In this document: in pieces, positions 50,275 through 60,368 of the stretch | Numbering within the stretch: position 1 is the stretch's first letter | Layout of the letters: each line of letters opens with the position of its first letter | Origin: Vulcanimicrobiota bacterium | Lineage (GTDB): Bacteria > Vulcanimicrobiota > Vulcanimicrobiia > Eremiobacterales > Eremiobacteraceae | Direction: 5' to 3' | DNA length: 64,000 nt | NCBI GenBank assembly: GCA_963812135.1 | Contig: CAWETU010000001.1 | Location: 2,272,001-2,336,000, forward strand | Translations under genes and position numbers: made by a program | The notes under the pieces: generated by a model | The model's input: only the letters and a program-made list of their open reading frames with translations | What the model was told of the DNA's origin: nothing | Databases searched by the model: none

Positions 50275-53200
50275 ATGACAGCACGATCGTCAGTCAGTTC
50301 CTTGGCTATCCGCTTGCTCGGGCAGGCCGGCTTCACGCTGGACGGCACGCCTTTCCGCTTTGCTGCGCCGCCCAAAACCCTGCCGCTGCTCGCCTATCTT
50401 CTGCTGCAACGCCGGACGCCGGTGGCTCGCGATACGATCGCGTTCTTGTTGTGGCCCGATGACCCTGAGGAAGAATCGCGCGCGAACTTGCGGCGCCATT
50501 TGTACCATTTGCAGCGCAATCTTCCGCCGGCGCCTGCGGATCGGCCATGGGTTGTCATCGAGGGCGACACGCTGCAATGGAATCCCGCGGCCGAAGCGGA
50601 TGTGGACGTCGAACGCTTCGAGCGTTTGCTCGAGATCGGAGACTTGGAGCAGGCGGTCGCGGCGTATGCCGGCGACTTGCTCGAAGAGTCGTATGACGAT
50701 TGGATCGTGCCGCAGCGCGAGCGTTTGCGCGCGGCTTTTTTGGGCGCGCTCGAAGAGCTCGTGCGTGGTTGCCGCAGCCGGCGCGATTTCGGCGCGGCGG
50801 CGCGCTTTGCGGGTCGCCTGCTCGAAGCGGACCCGTGGCGCGAGGATGCGGTGCGCCAACTCATGGCGGTGCGCTACGAAGCCGGTGACCGAGCGGGCGC
50901 GCTGCAGATCTTCGATCGCTTCCGCAGCAGACTGCGCGAGGAGATGGACGTCGACCCGATGCCGGAGACGGCGGCGTTGCGCGAAGCGGTGCTCAAAGAG
51001 TTGCCGTTACCCGACGGTGGAGGCGCGCCGGCACGCGCAAGCGAGGCCCGCGCGTTCGCCGGTTTGCCCCTGGTCGGGCGCGATGTCGAACTTGATCAGC
51101 TCCATTCGCTGTGGAGCCGAGCCGCGCGCGGGCATGGCGGCGTGGTCTTTGTCGGCGGCGAGGCCGGCATCGGCAAAAGCCGGCTCGCGTCTGAGTTAGC
51201 TTTGGTTGTCGAGGCTGAGGGCGGCCGAGTCTTGTTCGGTGCGACGAGCTCGCCCGAGGGGTCGCCATACCAGGCGTTGGCCGAAGCGTTTCGCCAGGCT
51301 GTGCCCTTGCTCGGCGCGGCGCGTCTGGATCCGATCTGGCTCGCGGCAGTTGGTTCTATCGTGCCGGAGCTGCGCTTTCGCACGCCCGATCTGCCGGTGC
51401 TTGCCGGCACCGATCCCGCCCGCGAACGTTCGCGCTTGTTCGAAGGTCTCGCCGCATGCGCGCAGGCGCTTGCGTCCGTGCGTCCCCTGTTGATCGAGCT
51501 CGAGGATCTCCATTGGGCGGGCGAGGCGACGATCGCGGCGCTCGAGGCGCTCTCGCGACGCGCGGATCATGCGGCGATCTTGATCCTCGTGACGCATCGC
51601 GATGGCGAGCTCGATCACGCGCATCCGTTGCGGCGGCTACGGCGTGCGCTTGTCGATGAGAAACGCGCGACGATCGTCGCGCCGCGCCGGCTCGGACGCG
51701 ATGCGGTCGCGGCGTTGCTTGCCTCGGTGCCCGAACTCGCGCCGCGGGCCGCCGAGTACGCGGCGGCGTTCGAGCGGAGCACTGACGGCGTGCCGCTGTT
51801 CGTGGCGCAAGCCGTGCGGCGCGCGCTCGACGCGGCGCGCGCGGGCGAGACGCTTTCAACCGACGCGTCGTTGCTGCCGGCGCAGGAAGGGCTGGAGCGA
51901 TCCGTTCGGGAGACCGTCGCGCTGTTGTCGGCCGAGGCGCGCACGCTTGCCGAGATCGCCGCCGTCGCCGGGGACGGTTTTGACATCGATGTGGTGCGCG
52001 GCGTCGGCGGATGGAGCGAGGCCGAGCTGTTCGCGGCGCTTGACGAGTTGCTCGATCGAGGATTGGTGCGCGACGTCGCCGGTCGGGCGCGCTTCGCATA
52101 TGCGTTCACGCACCATCTCGTGCGCGACGCGATCTATGCGGAGATCTCGCCGCCTTCGCGATTGCTTCGCCACCGTCGCATGGGCGACGCGCTCGAAACG
52201 CTGTACAGCGGCGCGGCGCACGAGCACTCGGCAGATCTTGCGAGGCATTTCGATATCGGCGGCGAGGCCGTGCGCGCGGCGCGGCATTATCTCGCGGCCG
52301 CCGGTTACGCCCTTTCCGTGCATGCCGATGAAGAGGCGCTCGCGCTGAGCGCGCGCGGGCTCGAGCTTGCCGATGATACGCGCCTTGCGGCATCCTTGTG
52401 GCTGCTGCGGGAGCAGGCGTCGGGGCGGCGCGGTGCGCGTGACGATCAAGAGCGAGCGCTCGACGAGCTTGAGCGCGCGGCGCAAGCGCTCGACGATGAG
52501 GAATTGCGGCGCGAAGGGCTCGCGCGCCGAATCGCGCTGGCGCGAAAGTTGGGCGACCCCGATCGGGAGCATCAGCTGCTCGCTCGGCTGAACGAGCGCG
52601 TCGCCGCGGGCGCGGAGCTCGGTTGGAAAGCTCGTGCGGCGCTCGCCGAGGCGCTGTATGCCGCCGCGGTTGGCCGCGCGGACGCGCGCGAACGCGGAGT
52701 CGCCGCGCTGGAGTTGGCGGTGCGCGACGGCGAGGCCTCGGCGCAAGTCGAGTGCTTGTGTCTGATGGCGGGCTTGGAGACGCATGCGGGCGAGCTCGAC
52801 GAAGCGCAACGAGTGCTCGAACGTGCGCGCGGCGTGGCCGAGTCGAGCGGCGATCAGGCGCTCGTCGCCAAGGCGCTGTGGGCGGCGTCGGCGACGGCGA
52901 TGATGCGTCAGCAGTTCGAGGAGTGCGCGCGCCTGTGCGAGGCATGCGTGAAGGTGTCGCGCGGCATCGGCGACCTTGAGGGCGAGGCGGATTCACTGGC
53001 GCGAGCGGGCAGTGCGCTGTCCAGGCTCAATCGATATGAAGAGGCGCAGCGCGCCACGGCTCGAGCCGCGCAGCTGTTCGAGATGCTCGGCAAACGCCAA
53101 GGCATCGCGATGGCGAACGTCAACATGGGTGTCGTGGCGACTCGCCTTGGCACGTTGGACGAAGCGGAGACGGCGTTCACGCGTGCGCAGACGATCTTCG

Positions 53201-53847
53201 AGCAGTTGCACGATGCGCGTGGCGAGATCGTGAGCGCGCTCAACCTCGGCTTCCTGCAGCTGTGCGCGGGAGATTGTGCAGCGTCCAAGACTCTTGGCTT
53301 GCGTGCGCTTGAACTCGCGCGCACCGCCAAGCATGCGGCGTTTGAAGCACAGGCGCTTGCCAATCTCGGGGCGGCAGAGCGCGATGCCGGCGAGCTTGAC
53401 GCCGCGATCGAGCACATGGAGGCGGGCTTGGGGATCGCGCGCGAATTGAGCAGGCCATCCGATCTGTTGACGGATCTTGCCGATCTCGCGCTGGCCTACC
53501 TACGCAAAGGCGATCTCGCGAGCGCGCAGCGCGTCGTCGCGGAAATCGAGCCGATCGGTGAGGGCGTCGCCGAAGGAGCGCTGTGGCCGCAATACCACTA
53601 TTGGGTGGCGGCGCGAGTGCACCGCGTCGCGGGCGACGCCAAACGCGCAGCCGCGCTTTTGGAGCACGCGCGCAACGTCGTGCGCCGAACCGCTGCGACG
53701 ATCACCGATGCGCGCGCGCGCGAACGCTTCTTGTCCTTACCGGTCAACCGCGCGATCGCGGACGCATCTGAGAAGGATCGCTGGCCCGAACAAGGCCCGG
53801 CTTCAAAGCGCGCGCGCACTAAGTCGACGCGGGGAGCTAGCTCTTAG
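50275..53847 (+). CDS. AfsR/SARP-like regulator: wHTH-BTAD-AAA ATPase-TPR
   Basis: LLAYLLL...LWPD, BTAD (YAGDLLEE, DPWREDA), GEAGIGKS, LEDLHWA, TPR repeats; intact ORF. Confidence 0.93.
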   Translation: MTARSSVSSLAIRLLGQAGFTLDGTPFRFAAPPKTLPLLAYLLLQRRTPVARDTIAFLLWPDDPEEESRANLRRHLYHLQRNLPPAPADRPWVVIEGDTLQWNPAAEADVDVERFERLLEIGDLEQAVAAYAGDLLEESYDDWIVPQRERLRAAFLGALEELVRGCRSRRDFGAAARFAGRLLEADPWREDAVRQLMAVRYEAGDRAGALQIFDRFRSRLREEMDVDPMPETAALREAVLKELPLPDGGGAPARASEARAFAGLPLVGRDVELDQLHSLWSRAARGHGGVVFVGGEAGIGKSRLASELALVVEAEGGRVLFGATSSPEGSPYQALAEAFRQAVPLLGAARLDPIWLAAVGSIVPELRFRTPDLPVLAGTDPARERSRLFEGLAACAQALASVRPLLIELEDLHWAGEATIAALEALSRRADHAAILILVTHRDGELDHAHPLRRLRRALVDEKRATIVAPRRLGRDAVAALLASVPELAPRAAEYAAAFERSTDGVPLFVAQAVRRALDAARAGETLSTDASLLPAQEGLERSVRETVALLSAEARTLAEIAAVAGDGFDIDVVRGVGGWSEAELFAALDELLDRGLVRDVAGRARFAYAFTHHLVRDAIYAEISPPSRLLRHRRMGDALETLYSGAAHEHSADLARHFDIGGEAVRAARHYLAAAGYALSVHADEEALALSARGLELADDTRLAASLWLLREQASGRRGARDDQERALDELERAAQALDDEELRREGLARRIALARKLGDPDREHQLLARLNERVAAGAELGWKARAALAEALYAAAVGRADARERGVAALELAVRDGEASAQVECLCLMAGLETHAGELDEAQRVLERARGVAESSGDQALVAKALWAASATAMMRQQFEECARLCEACVKVSRGIGDLEGEADSLARAGSALSRLNRYEEAQRATARAAQLFEMLGKRQGIAMANVNMGVVATRLGTLDEAETAFTRAQTIFEQLHDARGEIVSALNLGFLQLCAGDCAASKTLGLRALELARTAKHAAFEAQALANLGAAERDAGELDAAIEHMEAGLGIARELSRPSDLLTDLADLALAYLRKGDLASAQRVVAEIEPIGEGVAEGALWPQYHYWVAARVHRVAGDAKRAAALLEHARNVVRRTAATITDARARERFLSLPVNRAIADASEKDRWPEQGPASKRARTKSTRGASS

Positions 53848-54226
53848 AGCGACCGATCTCTCCGAGGTGCGTGTCGGTGAACGCAGTCGGGTATTTCAGG
53901 CCATAGCCGAGCAGTCTATCGAAGCCGATGTGCGCGATCCAGATCAGCGCGGTCGCGATGCAGATCGGAACGTTGGCGAACAATCCGATGAGGGCGAGCA
54001 GCAAGGGGCCGACGTATGTGTGCACGGCGTTGTAGCAAAATGCGCCGATCCTGGGGTTGATAAGATATCCCAGCATTGAGACGTCGGGCACCAGGAAAAG
54101 AACGGCGAAAAGGATCCACGAGAAGCCCCCGCGCCAATAGAGCACGACGGCCAACGCTAACACGGCTAGCCCCTCCGCGCGAAGGAGATACTTCGGGCCA
54201 CCGCTGACGGCTGCAACTGTTTGCAT
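53837..54226 (-). CDS. DUF4260 membrane protein
   Basis: LLRAEG, PDVSMLGY, YNAVH, HIGFDRLLGYGLKY, THLG. Confidence 0.92.
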   Translation of the reverse strand: MQTVAAVSGGPKYLLRAEGLAVLALAVVLYWRGGFSWILFAVLFLVPDVSMLGYLINPRIGAFCYNAVHTYVGPLLLALIGLFANVPICIATALIWIAHIGFDRLLGYGLKYPTAFTDTHLGEIGRSKS

Positions 54227-54279
54227 GTGCCGGAATTTCCTCAATCGGCTGCGGGAGCCTTGGACAGGCCGGCGCTGCT

Positions 54280-54311
54280 TGGACGCCTGCTGGATGCCTG
54301 CGGGCTAGGAT
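54280..54311 (+). promoter_or_regulatory. SARP-type direct-repeat box and -10 element
   Basis: TGGACGCC-N3-TGGATGCC, then 7 nt, then TAGGAT; same octamer as 50203-50221. Confidence 0.6.
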
Positions 54312-54348
54312 GATACTGACTCAGCATAGCCGGGCGTCGGAGGCGACA

Positions 54349-54534
54349 TTGTCGGAATCACCTCAGCGGAACGAAGAGCTCTTCATGGTTCGCCTATGGC
54401 GCGAGCAGCAAGCGCCGGCGGCAGCGTGGCGCGGATCGGTCGAACACGTCGGCTCGAAGCGCCGCTACTTCTTCACCAACTTGTCCGATCTCGTCGATTT
54501 CATCCGGCTGCGACTGACGGAGGGTGGTTCGTAA
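54349..54534 (+). CDS. Small conserved-looking hypothetical protein
   Basis: RBS GGAGG with TTG start; FMVRLWRE...WRGSVEHV...FTNLSDLVDFI. Confidence 0.7.
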   Translation: MSESPQRNEELFMVRLWREQQAPAAAWRGSVEHVGSKRRYFFTNLSDLVDFIRLRLTEGGS

Positions 54535-54587
54535 GTAGCTGCTCTGCTCGGTTTTCCGGCTCGCCTTGACAAACCGGGTCTGACGAG

Positions 54588-54661
54588 GGATTAACTCCGG
54601 TATATTAATCCACAGGTTTCGTATATAGACATTTTTGTATATACATGATAGTATATATCAT
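54588..54661 (+). promoter_or_regulatory. AT-rich brnTA promoter with palindromes
   Basis: GGATTAA...TTAATCC and TGTATATACA palindromes in an AT-rich patch. Confidence 0.5.
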
Positions 54662-54666
54662 CATCC

Positions 54667-54996
54667 GTGCAGTTTGAGTGGGACGCCAACAAGGCGGTCG
54701 CCAACCAACGCAAGCACGGCGTCAGTTTCGAAGCGGCAGCACGCGTCTTTGACGACCCCCGCGTGCTGTCAGTTTTAGATCGACGGTATAGCGAGGAACG
54801 CTGGTACAGCCTCGGGGCAGTCGGAGAAACAATCATATATGTCGCGCACACCATCGAAAACCAAGGGCAAACGAGCGAGACGATCCGGATCATCTCGGCC
54901 CGGCAAGCTAGTGCGCGTGAACGCCAAGAATATCAAACTAACGCCTCGTATGCTTTCGGAGTTGGCGATGGCAAGCCGCCCGGACAGCGAGATTGA
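54667..54996 (+). CDS. brnT: BrnT toxin
   Basis: FEWDANKAVANQRKHGVSFE...IRIISARQA. Confidence 0.92.
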   Translation: MQFEWDANKAVANQRKHGVSFEAAARVFDDPRVLSVLDRRYSEERWYSLGAVGETIIYVAHTIENQGQTSETIRIISARQASARERQEYQTNASYAFGVGDGKPPGQRD

Positions 54997-55192
54997 TTTT
55001 TCCGATGCGCCTGAAATCAAGGACTTTAGCGCAGCTGTGCGAGGCCGCTTTTATCGCCCTTTGAAGAAGGCCATCAGTATTCGCCTTGACGCGGACGTGC
55101 TGACCTGGATCCAATCAAAGGGCGGCCCTTATCAGACCCGCATCAACGCCATTCTTCGCGAAATCATGGAGCGAAGCATCAGTAAACGATAG
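54917..55192 (+). CDS. brnA: BrnA antitoxin
   Basis: IDFSDAPE...ISIRLDADVLTW...YQTRINAILR. Confidence 0.92.
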   Translation: MNAKNIKLTPRMLSELAMASRPDSEIDFSDAPEIKDFSAAVRGRFYRPLKKAISIRLDADVLTWIQSKGGPYQTRINAILREIMERSISKR

Positions 55193-55203
55193 CCTGTCGT
55201 CCC

Positions 55204-55228
55204 GGGAACGCACCGTCGTTCCCTTTTT
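55204..55228 (+). terminator. Rho-independent terminator of brnTA
   Basis: GGGAACG-N6-CGTTCCC-TTTTT. Confidence 0.7.
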
Positions 55229-55296
55229 CGCTCCAAGGGCAGCGCCCGATAAAGCACCAACGTTCTTCCCGCTCAGGCTTGCGTAAGGGAGTCGCC

Positions 55297-57057
55297 ATGC
55301 GACAGTTGCGCTTTGTCAGTGTCTGTGCTGTTATTTGCGTCGCGTTGACCGTCGGCTCATGGCGCGCGGCCGCGCCGGCGAGCGATTACGATCCGCTGCT
55401 CAACGGCGCCAAAGTCGTCTGGGATTCTCTGTTGCTCCAGTCGGATTCGCCGTGCTGGACCGATGCGCGCGAAGCGGTGGATTACGCGCTCGACAACTTC
55501 GACTCATGGGGCAAGGACGTCGAGTTCGACGAGACCTACGAACACTGGGATTCGCATATACCCTTCACGGCGAGCAAGGCCCTCGCCGCGCTCAAGAAAA
55601 CGGACCTCTCGAAGAAGCACGAGTCCACGCTCGGCTATGACGTTTATCCGGAGGGCGGCGACGAAGAGATCGGCGTCGAGCTGATCGATCGAATCGAGTC
55701 CACGAAAAAGGGCGCCGACAAGACGACCACGCTGTATTTCGTGTTCGCGGTCGTGCACGGCTTGAGCGAATGCGGCGCCAGAGAGGGGAAGGAAGAGGAC
55801 GACCCCTTCTTCGCCCATTTCAGCATGTGGTTCCAGGGCTACTATCAGTCGACCAAGCCCAGCCCGACTCCGAAGGATCCGCATCCGCGCGAAACGGCTG
55901 CGGCTCCCGATGCGTCGTGGAGCAAAGAGCTAAAGAAAGAATTGCCGTCAGAGGGCGGCATCGACTACATCGGCTGCTGCAAACTGCCGAAGCCGAAGAC
56001 CGTGCCCGGCACGCAGAACGAGCAGCCGAAGACGACGCAAACGCCCCACGCCGGCGCCGAAACCCGGCACGGGCACAGTCGAAAAACCAAGCGGCGTCAG
56101 AACCGGTCCGAAACCGACGCCGACGCCCACGCCGACGCCGGAGCCGAAGAAACCGCCGACACCGGCGCCGCTCGATAAAGATACCAAGCGCACTTCGTTG
56201 ACGCCGCAGCCGGGCAAGGGACGGGTACGGACCAAGGCGCGTACTTGCCGCCGATCGCCGGGCCATCTTCATTCGTCGTCGGATGGGTGAGCGACCAAAA
56301 TACTTCCGGGCCCACATCGTATGTCGTGGGCACGGTCGAGCCGAACGGCAAGAAGAGTTTTTGGAGCGGGCTCACCGATGACAGCGGCCACGTGCGCTTC
56401 AAACTGCCGGCGATCGCGCTCACCGCGGTGACGCTCTTCCGCTTCTTCGATTCGCACGGCAACCCGGATGATGGCGCGCAGTGTAAGATAGGCGCGAACC
56501 CGCATCTCGAGGGCACCGACCCGATACCGAACGTGCCGGTGGCGCAGCAGCCCGCGATCGTCGAGGGCGGCTCAGCGTATCAGCACGGCTTGTTCTACCT
56601 CCACACGCGCGGCACCGACGCGTTGAACACGCGCGTACTACTCGATGGAGGCGAGAACGGGATCCGGACGGTTGGGACGTCGGACGAGAGCACCGCGGCG
56701 TTGATCGACGACAATGTCTCTTTGGGCGAACATTGGATCAGCGTGGTTTCGGACGGCAAGGTGAGCAATAAATTCCCGGCTGATGTTTTGTCGGTCACGG
56801 GCGAGCCGCTTCCGAATTCGGTGCCCGGGGAGATCTCGACGGTTCGCGTGCATGTCGAAGGTCTGCCCGCCGGCCACACCGCGCGCATGGCGTTCCAGAT
56901 CGGGGGCGTGGCGACGCTGGTGGATGGTTCAGCTGAGACGACCGTGCCGGTGGTGGATGGATTGGCGCAGGTCCAGATCCGCGGCGTCCATTCCGGCAAA
57001 GCGCTCGTGCGTTTTCGGCTGCTTGTGGCTATTCCGGGTTTCTGGCAGGCGCAATGA
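55297..57057 (+). CDS. Large secreted protein with Pro/Thr linker, frameshifted
   Basis: Signal peptide; ORFs 55279-56178 and 56245-57057 joined across the PT linker; C-terminal module homologous to about 590-1440. Confidence 0.75.
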
Positions 57058-57209
57058 ACGGCGGTCGGAGACGGCCGCTTCTGCTGTTGGTCTGCCTCGC
57101 GCTGCTTCTTCCGCCTGCGCTCTTGGCGATCGCTGCACCCAGCGTTGATCCGCCGCTCGGCATGGATCCGCATGCGACGTCGGTGCAACCGCATCCCGAG
57201 AACAAGTAG
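57054..57209 (+). pseudogene. Signal-peptide-only gene remnant
   Basis: ATGA-coupled 51-aa ORF MNGGRRRPLLLLVCLALLLPPALLA..., ending just before hicAB. Confidence 0.4.
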
Positions 57210-57315
57210 CAGCGAAGCAGTAGCGGAGTTCTCGACGAAGCGCTGACCCGGGACTAGACGACCACCCCTTCCGCGTGATGTCTTCAACGCTGGCGGGAGG
57301 CAAGTGGTTAGCCCC

Positions 57316-57506
57316 ATGGTCACGAAAGTCCGGGATTAAAGCGGCTCCGCGACGATGGTTGGGTTCTCACTCGAGTTAGGGGAAGCCATCACATCTATCG
57401 ACACCCGAAAAGATCGGGAACCGTTACGGTAGCGTATCATCGGGAAGGCGAAGAAATCCCGCCCGGGACTATTAGGAGCATCAAGAAGCAGGCAGGTTGG
57501 CCATGA
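57316..57506 (+). CDS. hicA: HicA toxin, frameshifted near the start; absent from the ORF track
   Basis: LRDDGWVLTRVRGSHHIYRHPKRSGTVTVAYH...PPGTIRSIKKQAG; ATGA overlap with hicB. Confidence 0.85.
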
Positions 57507-57724
57507 AGTATGTTGCGGTTCTCGAGCGCGGTGAAACAGGATGGGGTGCCTACGTACCCGACCTTCCGGGATGTGTGGCCGTCGCCCCAACGCGAGACAT
57601 CATCGAAAAGATGATCCGCGAGGCCGTTTTGTTGCACGTCCAGTCGCTGCGCGACAACGGGGAGAGCGTACCAGTGCCGACGGCGCTCGTTCTGACGATC
57701 GACCTCGCGGAAGCATTTCCTTAG
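57503..57724 (+). CDS. hicB: HicB antitoxin
   Basis: YVAVLERGETGWGAYVPDLPGCVA...LRDNGESVP. Confidence 0.92.
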   Translation: MKYVAVLERGETGWGAYVPDLPGCVAVAPTRDIIEKMIREAVLLHVQSLRDNGESVPVPTALVLTIDLAEAFP

Positions 57725-57734
57725 AACCCGCCCT

Positions 57735-59219
57735 CTAGGGGGTCATGTGCTGTGCGCGCCAGCACGCGGGCGTTCCGTGGCACGACTTATTCGCCGCAAG
57801 GATGCGGTGCAGTCCCTCGCGGGTCGCCTGAGGCATGCTTGACGCGATGTTCGAGAGCTCCCACGGATCGCGCGTGATATCGTAGTAGCTGGTTTCGCCG
57901 TCTTCGTATTCCACATAAAGCGCGCCATCCAAGCGCAAAGCGTCATATGTCGTGGGATTGGCGGCGTTTGGTACCTGCATGTCGGGGTCGGTGATCGCAG
58001 GACCGGGTTTCTTGTGTTCGATCAGCGCCATGTGGCGCCAATCCGCCGGCGCGCTTCCGTGGAACAACGGCACGAGGCTATGGCCGTCGGGTGACATCGC
58101 TCCAGAACCGCCGCCCAGCTCGGCAAACGTCGGCCCGAGGTCGACGTTCTCAGTGATCGCGTTGATCACCACGCCTTTCGCAACGCCAGGTCCAACGATG
58201 ACGAGCGGCACGTGGATGTCGGTGTCAAAAGGCGTCTGTTTGCCCGGGCGAAGCGAGTACTCGCCCATGTGATAGCCGTTGTCGGAGCTGAACACGATAT
58301 ACGTGTTATTGTCTTCACCGAGCATCGCGATCGTCGCGCGCAGCTCGCCGATCATCTTATCGACCGCGAGCACCGATTGAGCGCGCATGCGATACGCTTG
58401 ATCGATCCTCTGAATCTCCTTCGGCCGCAGTGCGGGAATCTCTCGCAGCCAGTGCGGGGCGTCGGCGCCGGCGCGCCAGCCGAACGCGGGGCCGCGCGGA
58501 GCGGTGAGGCCGGGGAACGCGTTCGCGTCGCGAGGCGCGGGGATCTGGGGAGCGTGCGGCGCGAAGGTAGCGATCTCGATGAAGAACGGCCCAGGCGCTG
58601 ATTTGTGCACGAATTGGTCCGCGATGGAGGCGACCACATCGGTCAGGTAGTCCTTAGGATCGCTGCCGTATTGCACGACCCGGCCATTCTGATTGAGGGC
58701 GTAGTTGAATTCGGGATAGCCGTTGCCGGCGACATCCCATTCATTCCATCCCGGTGCGATGCCGTCGCGCGCGGGCTCGTAGCCGTTGAGGTATTTGCCG
58801 AGCATCGCGGTTCTGTAGCCGTCCCCTTGGAGCGCCACGGCGAACGTCTGCGACTGGTTGCCGTGCGAATTGAACGATTGATAGCCGCCGAGCGGCGGAA
58901 CGTTGGTGAGCACGTGCGTGTCGTGCGGGAACTTCCCGGTGAAGATCGATGAACGCGATGGGCAGCACAGCGAGTCTGTGACGAAATAGTTCGCAAACGT
59001 CGTCCCGTCGTGTTGCATCGCCTGCACATTTGGCATGTATTGGACGAGATTCATCGCGAGATCGTCGGTGAGGATGAAGATGATGTTCGGCTTTCTCGGC
59101 TGCTGCGCGCCAGGCGAACTGTTCGTGTCCGCGACGGTCGCAGTCGTCATCAGCGCGGCGAGCGCGAGTGAAGACAGCAGCAGCGTGGCGACGGAACGAA
59201 AACGAGCGATGATCCTCAT
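57735..59219 (-). CDS. Secreted sulfatase (N-acetylglucosamine-6-sulfatase-like)
   Basis: PNIIFILTDD, CCPSR formylglycine motif, GKYLN, APH, SDNGYH. Confidence 0.92.
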   Translation of the reverse strand: MRIIARFRSVATLLLSSLALAALMTTATVADTNSSPGAQQPRKPNIIFILTDDLAMNLVQYMPNVQAMQHDGTTFANYFVTDSLCCPSRSSIFTGKFPHDTHVLTNVPPLGGYQSFNSHGNQSQTFAVALQGDGYRTAMLGKYLNGYEPARDGIAPGWNEWDVAGNGYPEFNYALNQNGRVVQYGSDPKDYLTDVVASIADQFVHKSAPGPFFIEIATFAPHAPQIPAPRDANAFPGLTAPRGPAFGWRAGADAPHWLREIPALRPKEIQRIDQAYRMRAQSVLAVDKMIGELRATIAMLGEDNNTYIVFSSDNGYHMGEYSLRPGKQTPFDTDIHVPLVIVGPGVAKGVVINAITENVDLGPTFAELGGGSGAMSPDGHSLVPLFHGSAPADWRHMALIEHKKPGPAITDPDMQVPNAANPTTYDALRLDGALYVEYEDGETSYYDITRDPWELSNIASSMPQATREGLHRILAANKSCHGTPACWRAQHMTP

Positions 59220-59232
59220 GAAACGCCCTTCC

Positions 59233-59620
59233 TTAGAACGCCCAGGTCGAGCCATCCGAGAACGTAGCGTGGATCGCGATGCACGCAGTCGGGTTTGCCG
59301 CCGAGAAACGGCTGGTTGACGAACGTGTGGAATCGGTGCGAGATGGTCACATTCGGCTGGAACATGCCTGAGTCGGTGATGTACGCGTGCTGTCCGTGAT
59401 AGCCGATCGAGAATTTCACCTTGGTCGCCGGCGCTTGGTACGTATTCTTATACGTGATGTGCACGTCTGCGACCGACCCTCCGTAGCCGCCGTTATTCTC
59501 GACGCGGCACGACACGACCACGATCGGTGGTGTGGAGAGCGCAGCCGCTTGAGCGGACTGCGCGCCCAGCGCGAGCAGATATGCGGAAATCAGCGCCATC
59601 GGTACGATTGTATTTTTCAC
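59233..59620 (-). CDS. Small secreted protein, frameshifted at the 3' end
   Basis: Signal peptide; the probable true tail FSDGSTWAF* lies in another frame. Confidence 0.7.
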
Positions 59621-59624
59621 GAGG

Positions 59625-60201
59625 TCATTTCGAGCAGGTCAGGTTGATGCGGTAGTTGTACGCCCGGCGTCTTCTGTTTCCAGTATTTGCCGCTGCCGTT
59701 CGGATTGGCCGCGTTGTATTTGGCGACGTCGAACGTGACCAACAGCTTCGCCGGCTTGTTGTTGGGGTCCAGCGCGTCGTTCGATCCGAACATCTGCGTG
59801 TACGTGAATTGGCCCGAGGCGGGGAAACTGTGGTAGTCGAGCTTCTGCTCGTTCAGCGTCGTCGTCGTCAGATCGCTGGCAGAGATCGTGTCGCCGTTTG
59901 CCAGGGCGAGCACCAGGTCTTGCTTATCGGTGTCGATCGGCATGAGGCCGGCAACCGTCGTGCCGTTGGCCCACTGCATGGTGACGAGCCATGCGTTGAA
60001 GTGATCGGCATCTTTGGGTTGCCAGGCGACACTCGTGACCCGCACGCGCCACATGCCGTCGAACATCCATTGATTCATGCAACCGTCTTGGGCTTTGACC
60101 TGGGTCGAACCGCCGGTCGTGGTGGTGGTCGTCGCGGCGCTGGCGCCGATCGGAGCGGCCAGCACGCAAAGCGCGCACAATGTGAAGACAAACGAGCGCA
60201 T
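59625..60201 (-). CDS. Secreted hypothetical protein (GCMNQW family), frameshifted at the 3' end
   Basis: RBS AGGAGG; DGCMNQWMFDGMWRVRVT; tail YRINLTCSK* matches the paralogue. Confidence 0.8.
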
Positions 60202-60368
60202 GGGAGCCTCCTTTAATGTCAGGACGCTGGTGGCTTCCACCCGTGACCTCTTCCATTCCTTGGGATGGTCACACCAGAGGCACCGATTACGTCGAAAAGG
60301 AATGGGCGACGGCCATGGTTCGTGTGATCCCGCTCTTTCCGCTTGCTTGCTAGCAGGCCTGGTCCTCG

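Noticed and set aside
8679..57724. Integron cassette array (many TA genes and small ORFs)
   Set aside because: Mixed gene orientations, no integrase and no recurring attC-like sites that I could see.
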